A DNA stretch of 64,000 nucleotides from an uncultured Candidatus Poseidoniales archaeon. GTDB lineage: Archaea > Thermoplasmatota > Poseidoniia > Poseidoniales > Poseidoniaceae. The stretch is taken from positions 2,146 through 66,145 of the forward strand of contig CAJIYT010000009.1 of assembly GCA_905181715.1 (NCBI GenBank), written 5' to 3'. Below, piece by piece: positions 19,601-28,354 of this stretch. The first letter of the stretch is position 1. Each line of letters opens with the position of its first letter. The translations under genes were made by a program, and so were the position numbers. Under the pieces are notes generated by a model. It was not told where the DNA came from, made no database searches, and was given only the letters and a program-made list of their open reading frames with translations.

Positions 19601-21001
19601 GGAGAAATCGGTGAGTGCGATGCACAAGTAGTCAAAGTGTTTGTTGATAATAATAATCGCTTACCAATTGTTCAAGTCGATTCGCCAAAGCCGCTTCAAA
19701 TAATCCATAACTCTGAAACTATATCGATTTCGGGTGTCGCAAGAGATAACGATGGCACTGTGAGTAGAGTTGAATTTGAGATGACTGATATCACAACAGG
19801 TCTTGCGATCAATAATGGTCCTGATCCAGTGACCTCATTCCTTCCTAATGGTTATTGGGAGACTAGTTGGAATACCAGTCAAAGTAGTGAATTAACTCAT
19901 AATCAATACTATGACTTGAAGGTAAAATCCTACGACACCATCGACTATTCAGTGACTGAAACGGTTCGCTTACACTATATTCGTGTTGGTAATACGGCTA
20001 ATTTAGACCCATTGTTCAACTCGGAAGGTTGGTCTAATACCAAGACCATATTTTGTGATGAGAACTCAAAGTCTCCCGACAAGTGTGGCGGTGGCGCTTC
20101 CATCAATTTACTAGATTTCTTTACTGATCCTGATGGAATCGGTGTCAATGAGAGTCACTTCATTACATACGAGGTTTATGATGACCCTTCTTCAAGTGAT
20201 GATGATACGTATAATGATTTTATAACCATCAATAAGGATGGTGTGGCTACATATGACCCGATGGATTACATGCATGAAACAACATCTTTTATGTCCGAAT
20301 GGTCAATACTAAACGTTATATTTGAAGTTCGAGATCTCGATGATGTACCTGCATATTCCTTTACGGTTAATTTCATAATCAAGCCGATTGAATTCACCTC
20401 AGTTAGGCAGGATGAGGGGCAGATTATCACTGGTAACAATGCGGTCTATACCGGTAGTGGATTGCCCAACAGCAAAGTGGTTGCTAGATTACTGAGTGAC
20501 GGGTCAGACGAAGGGGACTTCGTCAATGAGACCATCGTTGGACCTGATGGTAATTGGCGAATGGAAATATCTTACGCCCAAATAGGTACAGACGGCGATG
20601 TCAGATTGGTATTCACTCAAGATGGACAAACAGCAGTTGGTACTTATGGAGTCAGTGCTGGTATTGCTGAGCCTGAAGGTTTGGCAACTTGGATGTGGGT
20701 TGTGATGACTTTGGTTGCTTTAGTACTTCTTATAGGAGCAGGGGCGTTCTTCTTTGTCGAGTTCGATGACGAATTTGTAACGGATGAAGACGGTGTAGAG
20801 TCTGAAAAGGAACACGATCCATATGCATGGGCTAAAACCGATTCTTCAGAACCACAGCAAGCTGTAGTAGCGCCGGCCCAACAACAAGCGGTTGCACAAC
20901 AAGCAGTTGCACCACAACCGGTTCAGCAATCACAACATCCTGGCTGGATTTGGGATGCGGCTGCCAACCAATGGGTTCCTGACCCAAATTACCAACCATG
21001 A
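16661..21001 (+). CDS. Large surface protein: right-handed parallel beta-helix, Ig-like domains, C-terminal TM helix and Q/P/W-rich cytoplasmic tail
   Basis: Signal peptide; TTSETWTGTVNL start; repeated I.NN.I patterns; CTDAIDNDGDGVSDELDPDC motif; P.V.VDSP..ISGVARD Ig repeats; TM WMWVVMTLVALVLLIGAGAFFF. Confidence 0.8.
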   Translation: MLDLRISRSLSLVALLLLTSVLGMIQIPNASAVTTSGEITTSETWTGTVNLNGNLTVAEGAKLIINAGTTVNIPAGDRIIVEGSICAGDSSCGASPASTGNPIRLRWATGPDEGTGNCYVNPINNPDPSCGSGVYLDYTVDQALTKLNYVFFEKAYGIPVQVSQGTYLYAALVFNDASIDARGLSFEDINTTNVLVLNSAAPTISDSTFTLGVDGQQRHGSAIQAIGAGKGILGSLTIRNSAFSAPAGSPNADADCQNGLSAIFIENSDIEIDTITVSDNSHGVFFKASSGQLINSNFDVTCTAIDTNSYKTTTDASFVMSLNNNSITTEEGAGITAYDGAIIVANDNTISGASESSGFGIRDSFVTINRNEIGPIGGWNGLWIYGESDVIAQNNTFTDIAKEAVLIGEYHYKDGGPGYNQEPTKSRIHFADNDVSGINGTCTSSGMYGGDFQCPALHVFMASASIINNNITSNSGDGIRVLGGIVNVQDNYIEAGEFAARISQFDDKYGSKYGSIGFFSGNDWSSNVEQIYNVTESKVVVQSETFDTLDSNPEHTVWLKWASQTCEENVNACLKVPPSKEWPPRDMPIAMAMKDNATTFTFADLNNFEIGDVYMRNQGSEWGVQIEEGELVRYQVKAKNSQVAGATVRIMDSFGKELYDLKTDQFGFTQWVTLASNFHIDHNWNRVWNEPDLSANWIAEDSCTDAIDNDGDGVSDELDPDCAEGSGTRELSVYRVDVDKFDKGRSSQIFTLSGSIDQVINLENMAPSVRVDQLEDKSFARIISLTGSAWDGLQFNTDGTYFNDANATEAMFGTINRVEIQPHGSTTWYLAKDESGANGQVNKSNYPFKQWSYERDMSDHFEEDVTFRIKSYDGLDESQITTRVYRLNINPPTTIVDSPQNGTTHSDGEVRFSGTSSDAYRGGIDLEKVYFKIEGPNEYSTLTSIEASTSWAYDWSYGGTNLYSGEYTFTIWTSDSSYCRGEIGECDAQVVKVFVDNNNRLPIVQVDSPKPLQIIHNSETISISGVARDNDGTVSRVEFEMTDITTGLAINNGPDPVTSFLPNGYWETSWNTSQSSELTHNQYYDLKVKSYDTIDYSVTETVRLHYIRVGNTANLDPLFNSEGWSNTKTIFCDENSKSPDKCGGGASINLLDFFTDPDGIGVNESHFITYEVYDDPSSSDDDTYNDFITINKDGVATYDPMDYMHETTSFMSEWSILNVIFEVRDLDDVPAYSFTVNFIIKPIEFTSVRQDEGQIITGNNAVYTGSGLPNSKVVARLLSDGSDEGDFVNETIVGPDGNWRMEISYAQIGTDGDVRLVFTQDGQTAVGTYGVSAGIAEPEGLATWMWVVMTLVALVLLIGAGAFFFVEFDDEFVTDEDGVESEKEHDPYAWAKTDSSEPQQAVVAPAQQQAVAQQAVAPQPVQQSQHPGWIWDAAANQWVPDPNYQP

Positions 21002-21128
21002 TGATGACCATAGTTAGTTTGTAATATTACTTGAAATACTCACAAGTACCGTTTCAGAAGAATTATGCATTTGTAATGATGAGCATTGATACATAACACT
21101 CTAAGAGGAAAAGGTCGGAGAGGATTTC

Positions 21129-23654
21129 ATGTCGAACTCACCTAGGCCTGGGGTACAGGAAAGAATCCTCCTGCATCTTTCAGACTATTCTGATTTCATT
21201 AACTCTGTAGAGGTACCTTTTGCCTTATCGCAGATGGGAATCGCTAATGCGGTAGCAATTGCTAGATCGAATGTTCCTCGCGCTATATCGGGGCTCAAAG
21301 ATCAAGGTCTTCTTATCGAGCGGCAGGCGCATGTCAACGGTGTTACTCGAAAGCGGAAGGCGTATTTTCTAACTGAATCTGGCATGGCGCTTTGTGTTGA
21401 GACTTGGAAACGTCTTAGAGATTTCCAATTCCGCTGTATTTTGGCAGATGGTGATACAATTACTACCACTCTTGGTGAAGTGGGAGAAACTCTACCTTTC
21501 AAGATGCGTCCTGTAGATGTAATTCGCTATATGGATGATAATGGTGTGATGGATGTCCGAGCACTTTCAGCCGAATTGGTTGAGAGAGATCTTTCAAAGC
21601 ATGTCGAAAAGCAATTGGTTACCAGCCTCGGTGATCTTCCTCGATTACGCCATTTTTATGGGCGGAAGTCCGAAATGGAGAACATGATCAATCTACTAGA
21701 GGCGCGTTCAACTACAATATTGGTTCCGGGAATTGCAGGAATCGGTAAGACGACAATTGCGGCAAAATTGATTGAGGGTTTCATGCATCGGCGTAATCTA
21801 ATCTATCACCGTTGTCAGGATTGGGAAAGTTCAAGGGCATTTTTCGAAAATATCGCTGATTGGTTATCGAATATTGGCGATACGATGTTTGCCGATTTCA
21901 TAGCAGCAACCCCTGCCCCCAACCCAGCAGATGCGGCAAGTATCCTACTTGGAGCTCTTGAGAGCGTACCTTCTCTTATCGTAATTGATGATTTTCACAA
22001 GGTTAGTGATAAGATACTGCATCAAACCATACAGGCGCTTTCATTAGCACTTCTTGAAAGTGAGGGAGATATTGGTTTAGTGATATTTTCGCGATCTTAC
22101 CGGCCAGTTGTCGCATTAAAGAATGCTGAGGGTAAAATCGCAAGTTTGGTCTTACCTCTTGAAGGGTTAGACCAAAACTCTGCGCGCAGTATATTGTCGA
22201 CGATATCTAATCTTGATGAGGAAAAACTACTCTACATTCACTCATTATCACGTGGTCACCCATTGGTTCTGGAACTAATTAACCGTGGTGCTTCTGCCGG
22301 TGCTTTCCACGAGACTTTGGAGAATTATGTTAATATCGAGATATTCTCTAAACTATCTGCAGAGCAAAAGCGTCTTTTGGGTGCACTCTCGATTTTTAGA
22401 GAGCCAATTCCACTTGCTGCATTAGCAGAGCAAAATCTCAATATCGATGAACTGGATGATTTGGTAGAGGCAGGACTTGCTCGCCATGCTGATTCAGAAT
22501 CCTATGACGTACACGATTTGATTAGGGAGTTCTTGTTACAAAGTCTCGATAATCAGGCAAAGATAGATCTGCATGCTAAAGCAGTAAGTTGGTATGAGAA
22601 TCAAAACCATGGGCCTGATACCATCATCGAATTGATTCATCATCTGATTTCCAGTCATAGGTATGAAGGCGCTGCTGAACGCATCGTAGAATCTGGTAGG
22701 TCATTAATTAGTCAAGGACATCTAGAACTACTCGATTTATTGGAGAAGATCTCTATCGAGGGCCTCTCGGATAGCATCTCATGTAGAATTCTCCAATTGC
22801 ACGGTGAGTTATTGTTTATTCTCGGCAGGTTTGATGAAGCAGAAGTTATTTTCGGACAAGCCAAAGAAGGCGCTAAAAGATCTTCAAGCACTTCAGTCAT
22901 CGCTGATATTCTGTCAAACCTTGCTGATATCGTCCTCAAGCGAGGTGATGCCGATGAAGCATTGCGAATGCACAGAGATGCGTTATCCTTGCACATGGAA
23001 ACAAATAATGTCAAAGGAGCAGCTCGAACTTACAACAACATGGGCTATTTATTTCGCCGTCAAGGTGAGAATGCTAAGGCCTTGGAAGCATATGGTGAGG
23101 TTGAAGGTATATTGGCCACTGAAGATAACCCGCAGATGGTTTCGTCACGGATTAATCTAGCCAGAGCTTTGCTGGATTTGGGTGAAGTTAACCGTGCGCG
23201 AACACATGCACTAACTGCTTATGATGAATCCAAAGGAATCGAAGATGAATTACTTCATGCACGCGCCAGAGCAGTTCTTGGTCGTTATTACGCTAAGAGT
23301 GGCGATTCCGACTTGGCTTTGCATCATTATTCCGATGCACTTGAGACAATGGGCGAAGCTGGCGATCAATTAGCAATGGTTGAAGTGACGATACTTCTAG
23401 GTGAAGTACTCCAAGATAGTGGTAATTTAGACGATGCATTAGAACGCTATCGTGAGGCTTTGGTAATCGCTGAAGCTAATGATTTACGGATGCAGATCGG
23501 TGAATTATTAGCAAGGTTGGGTGGAGCTGCACCAGATAGACAAAGAAGAATGGAGTATCTGCAACGGTCCCTATCTGTCTTTAGAGAACTCGGAGCCCAA
23601 GCACGTATGCGTGAAGTGCAAATGATGGTTCATGCTGCGGTAATGGGTCGTTGA
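21129..23654 (+). CDS. STAND-type regulator: N-terminal winged HTH, P-loop NTPase, C-terminal TPR repeats
   Basis: SQMGIANAVAIARSNVPRAISGLKDQGLL (HTH); FYGR..E; GIAGIGKTT Walker A; LIVIDDFH Walker B; GHPLVL (GxP); VHDLIRE; TPR-like helices. Confidence 0.88.
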   Translation: MSNSPRPGVQERILLHLSDYSDFINSVEVPFALSQMGIANAVAIARSNVPRAISGLKDQGLLIERQAHVNGVTRKRKAYFLTESGMALCVETWKRLRDFQFRCILADGDTITTTLGEVGETLPFKMRPVDVIRYMDDNGVMDVRALSAELVERDLSKHVEKQLVTSLGDLPRLRHFYGRKSEMENMINLLEARSTTILVPGIAGIGKTTIAAKLIEGFMHRRNLIYHRCQDWESSRAFFENIADWLSNIGDTMFADFIAATPAPNPADAASILLGALESVPSLIVIDDFHKVSDKILHQTIQALSLALLESEGDIGLVIFSRSYRPVVALKNAEGKIASLVLPLEGLDQNSARSILSTISNLDEEKLLYIHSLSRGHPLVLELINRGASAGAFHETLENYVNIEIFSKLSAEQKRLLGALSIFREPIPLAALAEQNLNIDELDDLVEAGLARHADSESYDVHDLIREFLLQSLDNQAKIDLHAKAVSWYENQNHGPDTIIELIHHLISSHRYEGAAERIVESGRSLISQGHLELLDLLEKISIEGLSDSISCRILQLHGELLFILGRFDEAEVIFGQAKEGAKRSSSTSVIADILSNLADIVLKRGDADEALRMHRDALSLHMETNNVKGAARTYNNMGYLFRRQGENAKALEAYGEVEGILATEDNPQMVSSRINLARALLDLGEVNRARTHALTAYDESKGIEDELLHARARAVLGRYYAKSGDSDLALHHYSDALETMGEAGDQLAMVEVTILLGEVLQDSGNLDDALERYREALVIAEANDLRMQIGELLARLGGAAPDRQRRMEYLQRSLSVFRELGAQARMREVQMMVHAAVMGR

Positions 23655-24125
23655 TTAGAACGAAGGGCGCATCGTATCTATTCTGGTTTCACCCTGTTCA
23701 TAAATAACCCATATGTGGCTTATTCCTGCTATTGTTATTTCTCCACTATGATTTCCTAAGCCTGTGCCAGAGAGTGAATGGGATCTGTCCAATGATTTTT
23801 CATAATGTAGTAGGTCAAGTGATTCATCCGTCAATACCAATGTGAAAAGCGTTTCATCTGCTTCAGTATAGCGCCATTCTACAGCTTCTGCATATTTTAT
23901 TCCGTCACCGTCTCGACTAGCGAGATCTGCACGCTCAATCGCCGCAGAGATATCGGCAAGGTTTGCATCTATTGCAGCCAGGTTCCATCTCTCGCGGGTT
24001 GAAGTTTCAATCTCAAAAGACCAAACAGCAAACATAGATAGGAGTAATACTCCAAGTAAAAATGTGAATACATAACCCAATTCTGTGGAGGCAGCGCCTT
24101 CGTCAGTACGTATTCTACTGCGCAT
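23655..24125 (-). CDS. Small pilin-like protein with class III signal peptide
   Basis: RTDEG/AASTELGYVFTFLLGVLLL N-terminus; last gene of a three-gene cluster. Confidence 0.7.
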   Translation of the reverse strand: MRSRIRTDEGAASTELGYVFTFLLGVLLLSMFAVWSFEIETSTRERWNLAAIDANLADISAAIERADLASRDGDGIKYAEAVEWRYTEADETLFTLVLTDESLDLLHYEKSLDRSHSLSGTGLGNHSGEITIAGISHIWVIYEQGETRIDTMRPSF

Positions 24126-24126
24126 T

Positions 24127-26274
24127 TCAGCCCTCCCTGATGAGTGCATTCATGTCTGCGATCTGTAAAGTGAATTGTATGGTTTGTCCACCGGTGTGCC
24201 AAACTGCTTCCGATGCGGCGTGCGATGGTATAGGTACCCAGCCGATGTAATCGTCAAGAAGGCCGAGTTGTCCGGGGAAGGTAGTCCAGTCTTCGCTACC
24301 ATCGAGTGCTTGTGAACTCAAAGATGCGATTTGTCCACCATAGGGTCCATACCAACCGCGCCGAACCTCAAAAGCCTCCCGTGATGCCAGAGAGCTTCTT
24401 TTTTCTAAATCGATTTCCAATTCAAATTTTCCTTGTCCTTCCAATCCCCTCGTATCGGGATGGAGTGCGGGAATAGTTGCAGCGAATCTAGGGCCTGGTC
24501 CGCCACGTTCAATCGGTGATCTTAGTACCAATGGCTCTAATTCCGGATGATTAGTCATTACCGCTCCCCCAGACCAAGCCACTTCGAGTCCAGCAATCGA
24601 TGTCGCGAAGTTATAGGTCAAACGAGAAAGTTGGAAAGCCCAAGCACTTGCAATGATGGCATGTTCCGATTGGGAATTGTGACCGATCAATTCTATTGTC
24701 AAACCAGCCGGATGAACTCCTTCATTCCATAATCTGATGATATCTGGAGTTGGCCTTCCTGCAACGTCCTTCCAAGGTAGATCAACCTCTATCCACCCTG
24801 ATGCGGTCTGGTTTACATTTACACAGCGTCGTGTTCCTTCACTTTCAAGATGGGTAAGTCCAGATGAGCCTTTGCTCATCGTTATCCGCAAAGGGTCGCC
24901 CTCGAGTACGTTGATTTGTTCCTCGGTTCCAGTGATAGTAATACTCGAGAATGTGCTAGTTTCGGATAGGGTAGTATTGCTTGTTTGATTGTACCAAGTA
25001 GTTTCCTCTCCTTCTAGTTCCAGTAAGTAGGTTGCATTGGTTTGCAATTGGAAAGATGACCCAGTGTGCATACCAGAATCCAAAGCACTCAATTCATTGA
25101 TGCCTTCCGTACCATTCGACCATTGCATCATTATCTCAGTAGTTGCTTCAACCACTAATCCATCGTCTTGTCCTACTGGAGGCCATACTACTGTGAGAGA
25201 GCTATTTCCAGGGACTGAAACTCCACCTTGGCGCCAAGTTACTGTAGTAGCAATCTCCTCGGGGTTGATGAACATCAATTCTCCAGTAAGCGTCGGCGGG
25301 ATGAACCTTTTTGCAAGATAAGAACCATCATCTCCTTGCACATTTGCAATACCATCATCGCCTTGGGAGATGTATAGTTGGGCATCATTACTTGTGATGA
25401 TATTAACTACACCTGATTCGGTTAGTTGAAAGTTCTTACTCCAAGAAACCGCTGCATTTGGGTGTGGTGGTAACAACGACAACTCCTCGCCAACACCGAC
25501 AACTCCAGACCATTCGACTTTCAATGATTGTTCACTGAGAATATTAACGGTAGTATTACCCTCTTGCAATGGGATTGTCCACGATCGCCCTTGCCCATTA
25601 CTGCTATCCTTGTCATTTGCTGGAAGATGGGTAGCACCACCGTCTCCATTTATTCCCAATACCATCAATTCCTGAGTGGAGGAGATCAAACCTGGGTTTT
25701 CTATGATTAAAACATCATTATGACTTAGGGCGAATTCGTTACCACCGTGTTCGACGATCACCCTCTCTAGTGTAGTAGTAAGTTGGGGTGCTGGAGTGAG
25801 CATTACTTTGTCAAAGTCCATAGCAGAAGAGTAATGGAAATACGCATACTTCCCAGTGCGCATATCACTGAAACAAACCGCTTCAATATGACTTTCAGAG
25901 TGGCGTATACGTACTTGTCTATCCAAGTCTAGAGCATCGTCAATCCTAAACGAATGCCCCTCGAACCAAGTGGCAGAATACCACATTCCCCCGCCGAGAC
26001 GATCCCATTGCAGTGTTCCATCGACGGTTGAGAGTTCAACCTGAGCTCTATCTCCAGGCATGCCTCTCTCTGAAAGTCCGGTCACCTCATTTGCCATAAT
26101 CATCATTTGTGCTTGCATATCATTTTTCTCAACAGCCCCTTCCAATTCTTGGATGACCGGGATCATCGTGATTAACATTACTCCGATTATAGAGAGGACT
26201 CCGCCGAATAATAATACTGCGGCGACTGCAGCACTAACCGCTTCTTCATTGCGTGATAATAGCGCTGCTCTCAA
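24127..26274 (-). CDS. Large archaeal type IV pilin-like protein (class III signal peptide)
   Basis: RNEEA/VSAAVAAVLLFGGVLSIIG followed by an amphipathic helix; overlaps the upstream gene by 4 nt. Confidence 0.75.
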   Translation of the reverse strand: MRAALLSRNEEAVSAAVAAVLLFGGVLSIIGVMLITMIPVIQELEGAVEKNDMQAQMMIMANEVTGLSERGMPGDRAQVELSTVDGTLQWDRLGGGMWYSATWFEGHSFRIDDALDLDRQVRIRHSESHIEAVCFSDMRTGKYAYFHYSSAMDFDKVMLTPAPQLTTTLERVIVEHGGNEFALSHNDVLIIENPGLISSTQELMVLGINGDGGATHLPANDKDSSNGQGRSWTIPLQEGNTTVNILSEQSLKVEWSGVVGVGEELSLLPPHPNAAVSWSKNFQLTESGVVNIITSNDAQLYISQGDDGIANVQGDDGSYLAKRFIPPTLTGELMFINPEEIATTVTWRQGGVSVPGNSSLTVVWPPVGQDDGLVVEATTEIMMQWSNGTEGINELSALDSGMHTGSSFQLQTNATYLLELEGEETTWYNQTSNTTLSETSTFSSITITGTEEQINVLEGDPLRITMSKGSSGLTHLESEGTRRCVNVNQTASGWIEVDLPWKDVAGRPTPDIIRLWNEGVHPAGLTIELIGHNSQSEHAIIASAWAFQLSRLTYNFATSIAGLEVAWSGGAVMTNHPELEPLVLRSPIERGGPGPRFAATIPALHPDTRGLEGQGKFELEIDLEKRSSLASREAFEVRRGWYGPYGGQIASLSSQALDGSEDWTTFPGQLGLLDDYIGWVPIPSHAASEAVWHTGGQTIQFTLQIADMNALIREG

Positions 26275-27305
26275 GTTCTCACCTCTATACGGTGAAGGTC
26301 GATTTCCAAATCGATAAGTTCGCCAGCGTCGATAGTGAATCCATCAGCACCGCTTGCTCTTTGCCATGGTGAAATGCCGCGGTGTTGGTCTAAGGTTCCT
26401 GATGCCCTGTGAAGTGCATAATCGGTTAACCATCCCTCTTGGATTTGAGGTGTAATTATCGAATCCAATGATGAGATATAGGTGATTCTAAGATTTAGTG
26501 CCTGGCCTGAAAATAATTCCAAAGGCCCGAGTGATATCAAATCAAAGGCGATTTGGTTTCCTTTGGATAATGATCCGTTGACCGTCACATCAACAAGACG
26601 AAGTGAGCCGCGCATTCTTCCGTCGTGTAATTCATCCAATTCCAAATCAGGACCTTGGGATATTATCCAACTCTCATCAGGGAACTTTTCTATCCGTGCA
26701 TCGTTTATCAATGCGATTTCATGGTGGCCCTTTTGCATTAAAGTCACGACTTTAACTCCCGAAATAGTGATCCCTACGTGACGATGAATCGGTTCACCCG
26801 AATCGTCATACACGGTAATCATTACAAATGAGTAAACATTTAGATTATGATTGATAGTGATTAGATCACCTAAATCATCGAAGGTATAATTCTCGCTACC
26901 ATCGGGGGTAATGATTTCAACCATGGAAGCGCTACCATTGTCCGTTTGTAGGGTAAAAGCGCTACCGTTAATCTCTTCGATTTCAGTTTTGTCATAGCCT
27001 ACGAGGTCAGCAGAAATAGTCCATGATTCCGAATTCATAATCGGTATGACCTGAGTTGATACCACTGAAAGGGTTTGTCTGATGCCCACTCCTTCTGGAG
27101 CAACACCGACTACTGCAAATCTATCCTCCAGTCGGTCAGCGATTCCATTCGCACTTGCCCAATTGGTATTATCTTGAAATTCCTTGACATATGGCTGTAA
27201 AAATATCCACACTCCAGCCATGACTGAGACGATCATTGCCAATAGCATGACTACTCCAATCACCTCGCTGACCGCGAGGTCGTCTCGGTTCTGGCGGCCT
27301 CTCAC
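26271..27305 (-). CDS. Archaeal type IV pilin N-terminal domain protein
   Basis: RDDLA/VSEVIGVVMLLAMIV, the archaeal pilin/archaellin-type VSEVIG motif. Confidence 0.8.
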   Translation of the reverse strand: MRGRQNRDDLAVSEVIGVVMLLAMIVSVMAGVWIFLQPYVKEFQDNTNWASANGIADRLEDRFAVVGVAPEGVGIRQTLSVVSTQVIPIMNSESWTISADLVGYDKTEIEEINGSAFTLQTDNGSASMVEIITPDGSENYTFDDLGDLITINHNLNVYSFVMITVYDDSGEPIHRHVGITISGVKVVTLMQKGHHEIALINDARIEKFPDESWIISQGPDLELDELHDGRMRGSLRLVDVTVNGSLSKGNQIAFDLISLGPLELFSGQALNLRITYISSLDSIITPQIQEGWLTDYALHRASGTLDQHRGISPWQRASGADGFTIDAGELIDLEIDLHRIEVRT

Positions 27306-27347
27306 AAAGGAGAGAGATTCCTCGCCGTTCTTATGTCTTCACCAAGA

Positions 27348-27365
27348 TGAGCCCTTAGGGGCTCA
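27348..27365 (-). terminator. Perfect 7-bp hairpin just downstream of the MBL hydrolase stop (putative terminator or 3' stabiliser)
   Basis: TGAGCCC-ttag-GGGCTCA; no long U-tract follows. Confidence 0.4.
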
Positions 27366-27367
27366 AC

Positions 27368-28174
27368 CTAAAGGGTCAATCCACGTTGCGGAAGATATTC
27401 CAATTGAGACTGGCCAATATGGTGTGAAAAGTCAGGTCCATCTTGGGCAGAGATAGCTATGTCGCCGGTAAAAACCTCACCTATGTGGTGGAGAACTGTT
27501 GATTCTGCCATGTGGGGTTTGTTGTTTTTATCAGATAGATGAGTTAGCACTATCGACCTTGTGGCATCTGTAACTATTTCCGCCAGAAATTCTCCTGATT
27601 GATCATTGGAAAGGTGACCTCCGCGGCCACTGATTCGCTCTTTTAGGGAGTAGGGGTATGGACCATTCCATAGGCGCGCAGTATCATAATTGGCCTCTAG
27701 TGAAATATGCTGGCATCCCCGGAGATGAGTCGATAATTCCTCTGTCCATGAGCCAAGGTCTGTGACCACAGCAGCACGTTCCCCGCGATGGCTCGCGATA
27801 AAGGCGACATTATCGGCGCCGTCATGCGGCACTGGGACAGGTAGGATCGCCAATTCAGATCCGAATTCTAGGGCCTCAAGAGATTCAAATAAGTTGACAT
27901 TTTTCAATCCTAATTCATCGGCCGTTCTGGTGTTGCAGTATATCGGCAAATTCCACTTTCTCTGTACTATTCCTGCGCCGCCACCATGGTCACCATGATG
28001 ATGTGTGATTAGCACTGCTGTGATGTCATCTACCTTCAAGTCGATACGGCCAAGTCGTTTCTCTAATTGCCTGCCACTGAATCCCTGATCTATGAGTACA
28101 CGTTGCTCTCCGCATTCAATCAGAGTAGAGTTCCCTCGGCTGCCAGTGCCGAGGTGAGTTATCGACATCGACAT
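27368..28174 (-). CDS. MBL-fold metallo-hydrolase (YycJ/WalJ-like)
   Basis: LGTGSRGNS, LIDQG, THHHGDH, VPHDG, TDLG, LEANYD, GHLSN and HLS..NN.P motifs. Confidence 0.9.
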   Translation of the reverse strand: MSMSITHLGTGSRGNSTLIECGEQRVLIDQGFSGRQLEKRLGRIDLKVDDITAVLITHHHGDHGGGAGIVQRKWNLPIYCNTRTADELGLKNVNLFESLEALEFGSELAILPVPVPHDGADNVAFIASHRGERAAVVTDLGSWTEELSTHLRGCQHISLEANYDTARLWNGPYPYSLKERISGRGGHLSNDQSGEFLAEIVTDATRSIVLTHLSDKNNKPHMAESTVLHHIGEVFTGDIAISAQDGPDFSHHIGQSQLEYLPQRGLTL

Positions 28175-28354
28175 GTATCATCGCCGTGCGCGCTAAGCCC
28201 TTGAATCAACCTCCTCTATTGCGCTATAATTCTCGATTATGGCGTAGTAATTAACTATCCATTGCGAATAGTTGTCGGAACATCACTCCATCATTCTATT
28301 AAGCGGGCTGTTCATACCTCGAATAAGCAGGGCGGGCGTCTGCAGGGGATTGTA

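Noticed and set aside
20850-20935. CAA/CAG-rich repeat-like DNA
   Set aside because: Encodes a low-complexity Q/A/P/V linker
21129-23654. Avs-type antiviral STAND system
   Set aside because: Effector is an HTH rather than a nuclease, protease or TIR domain; no defence-island context
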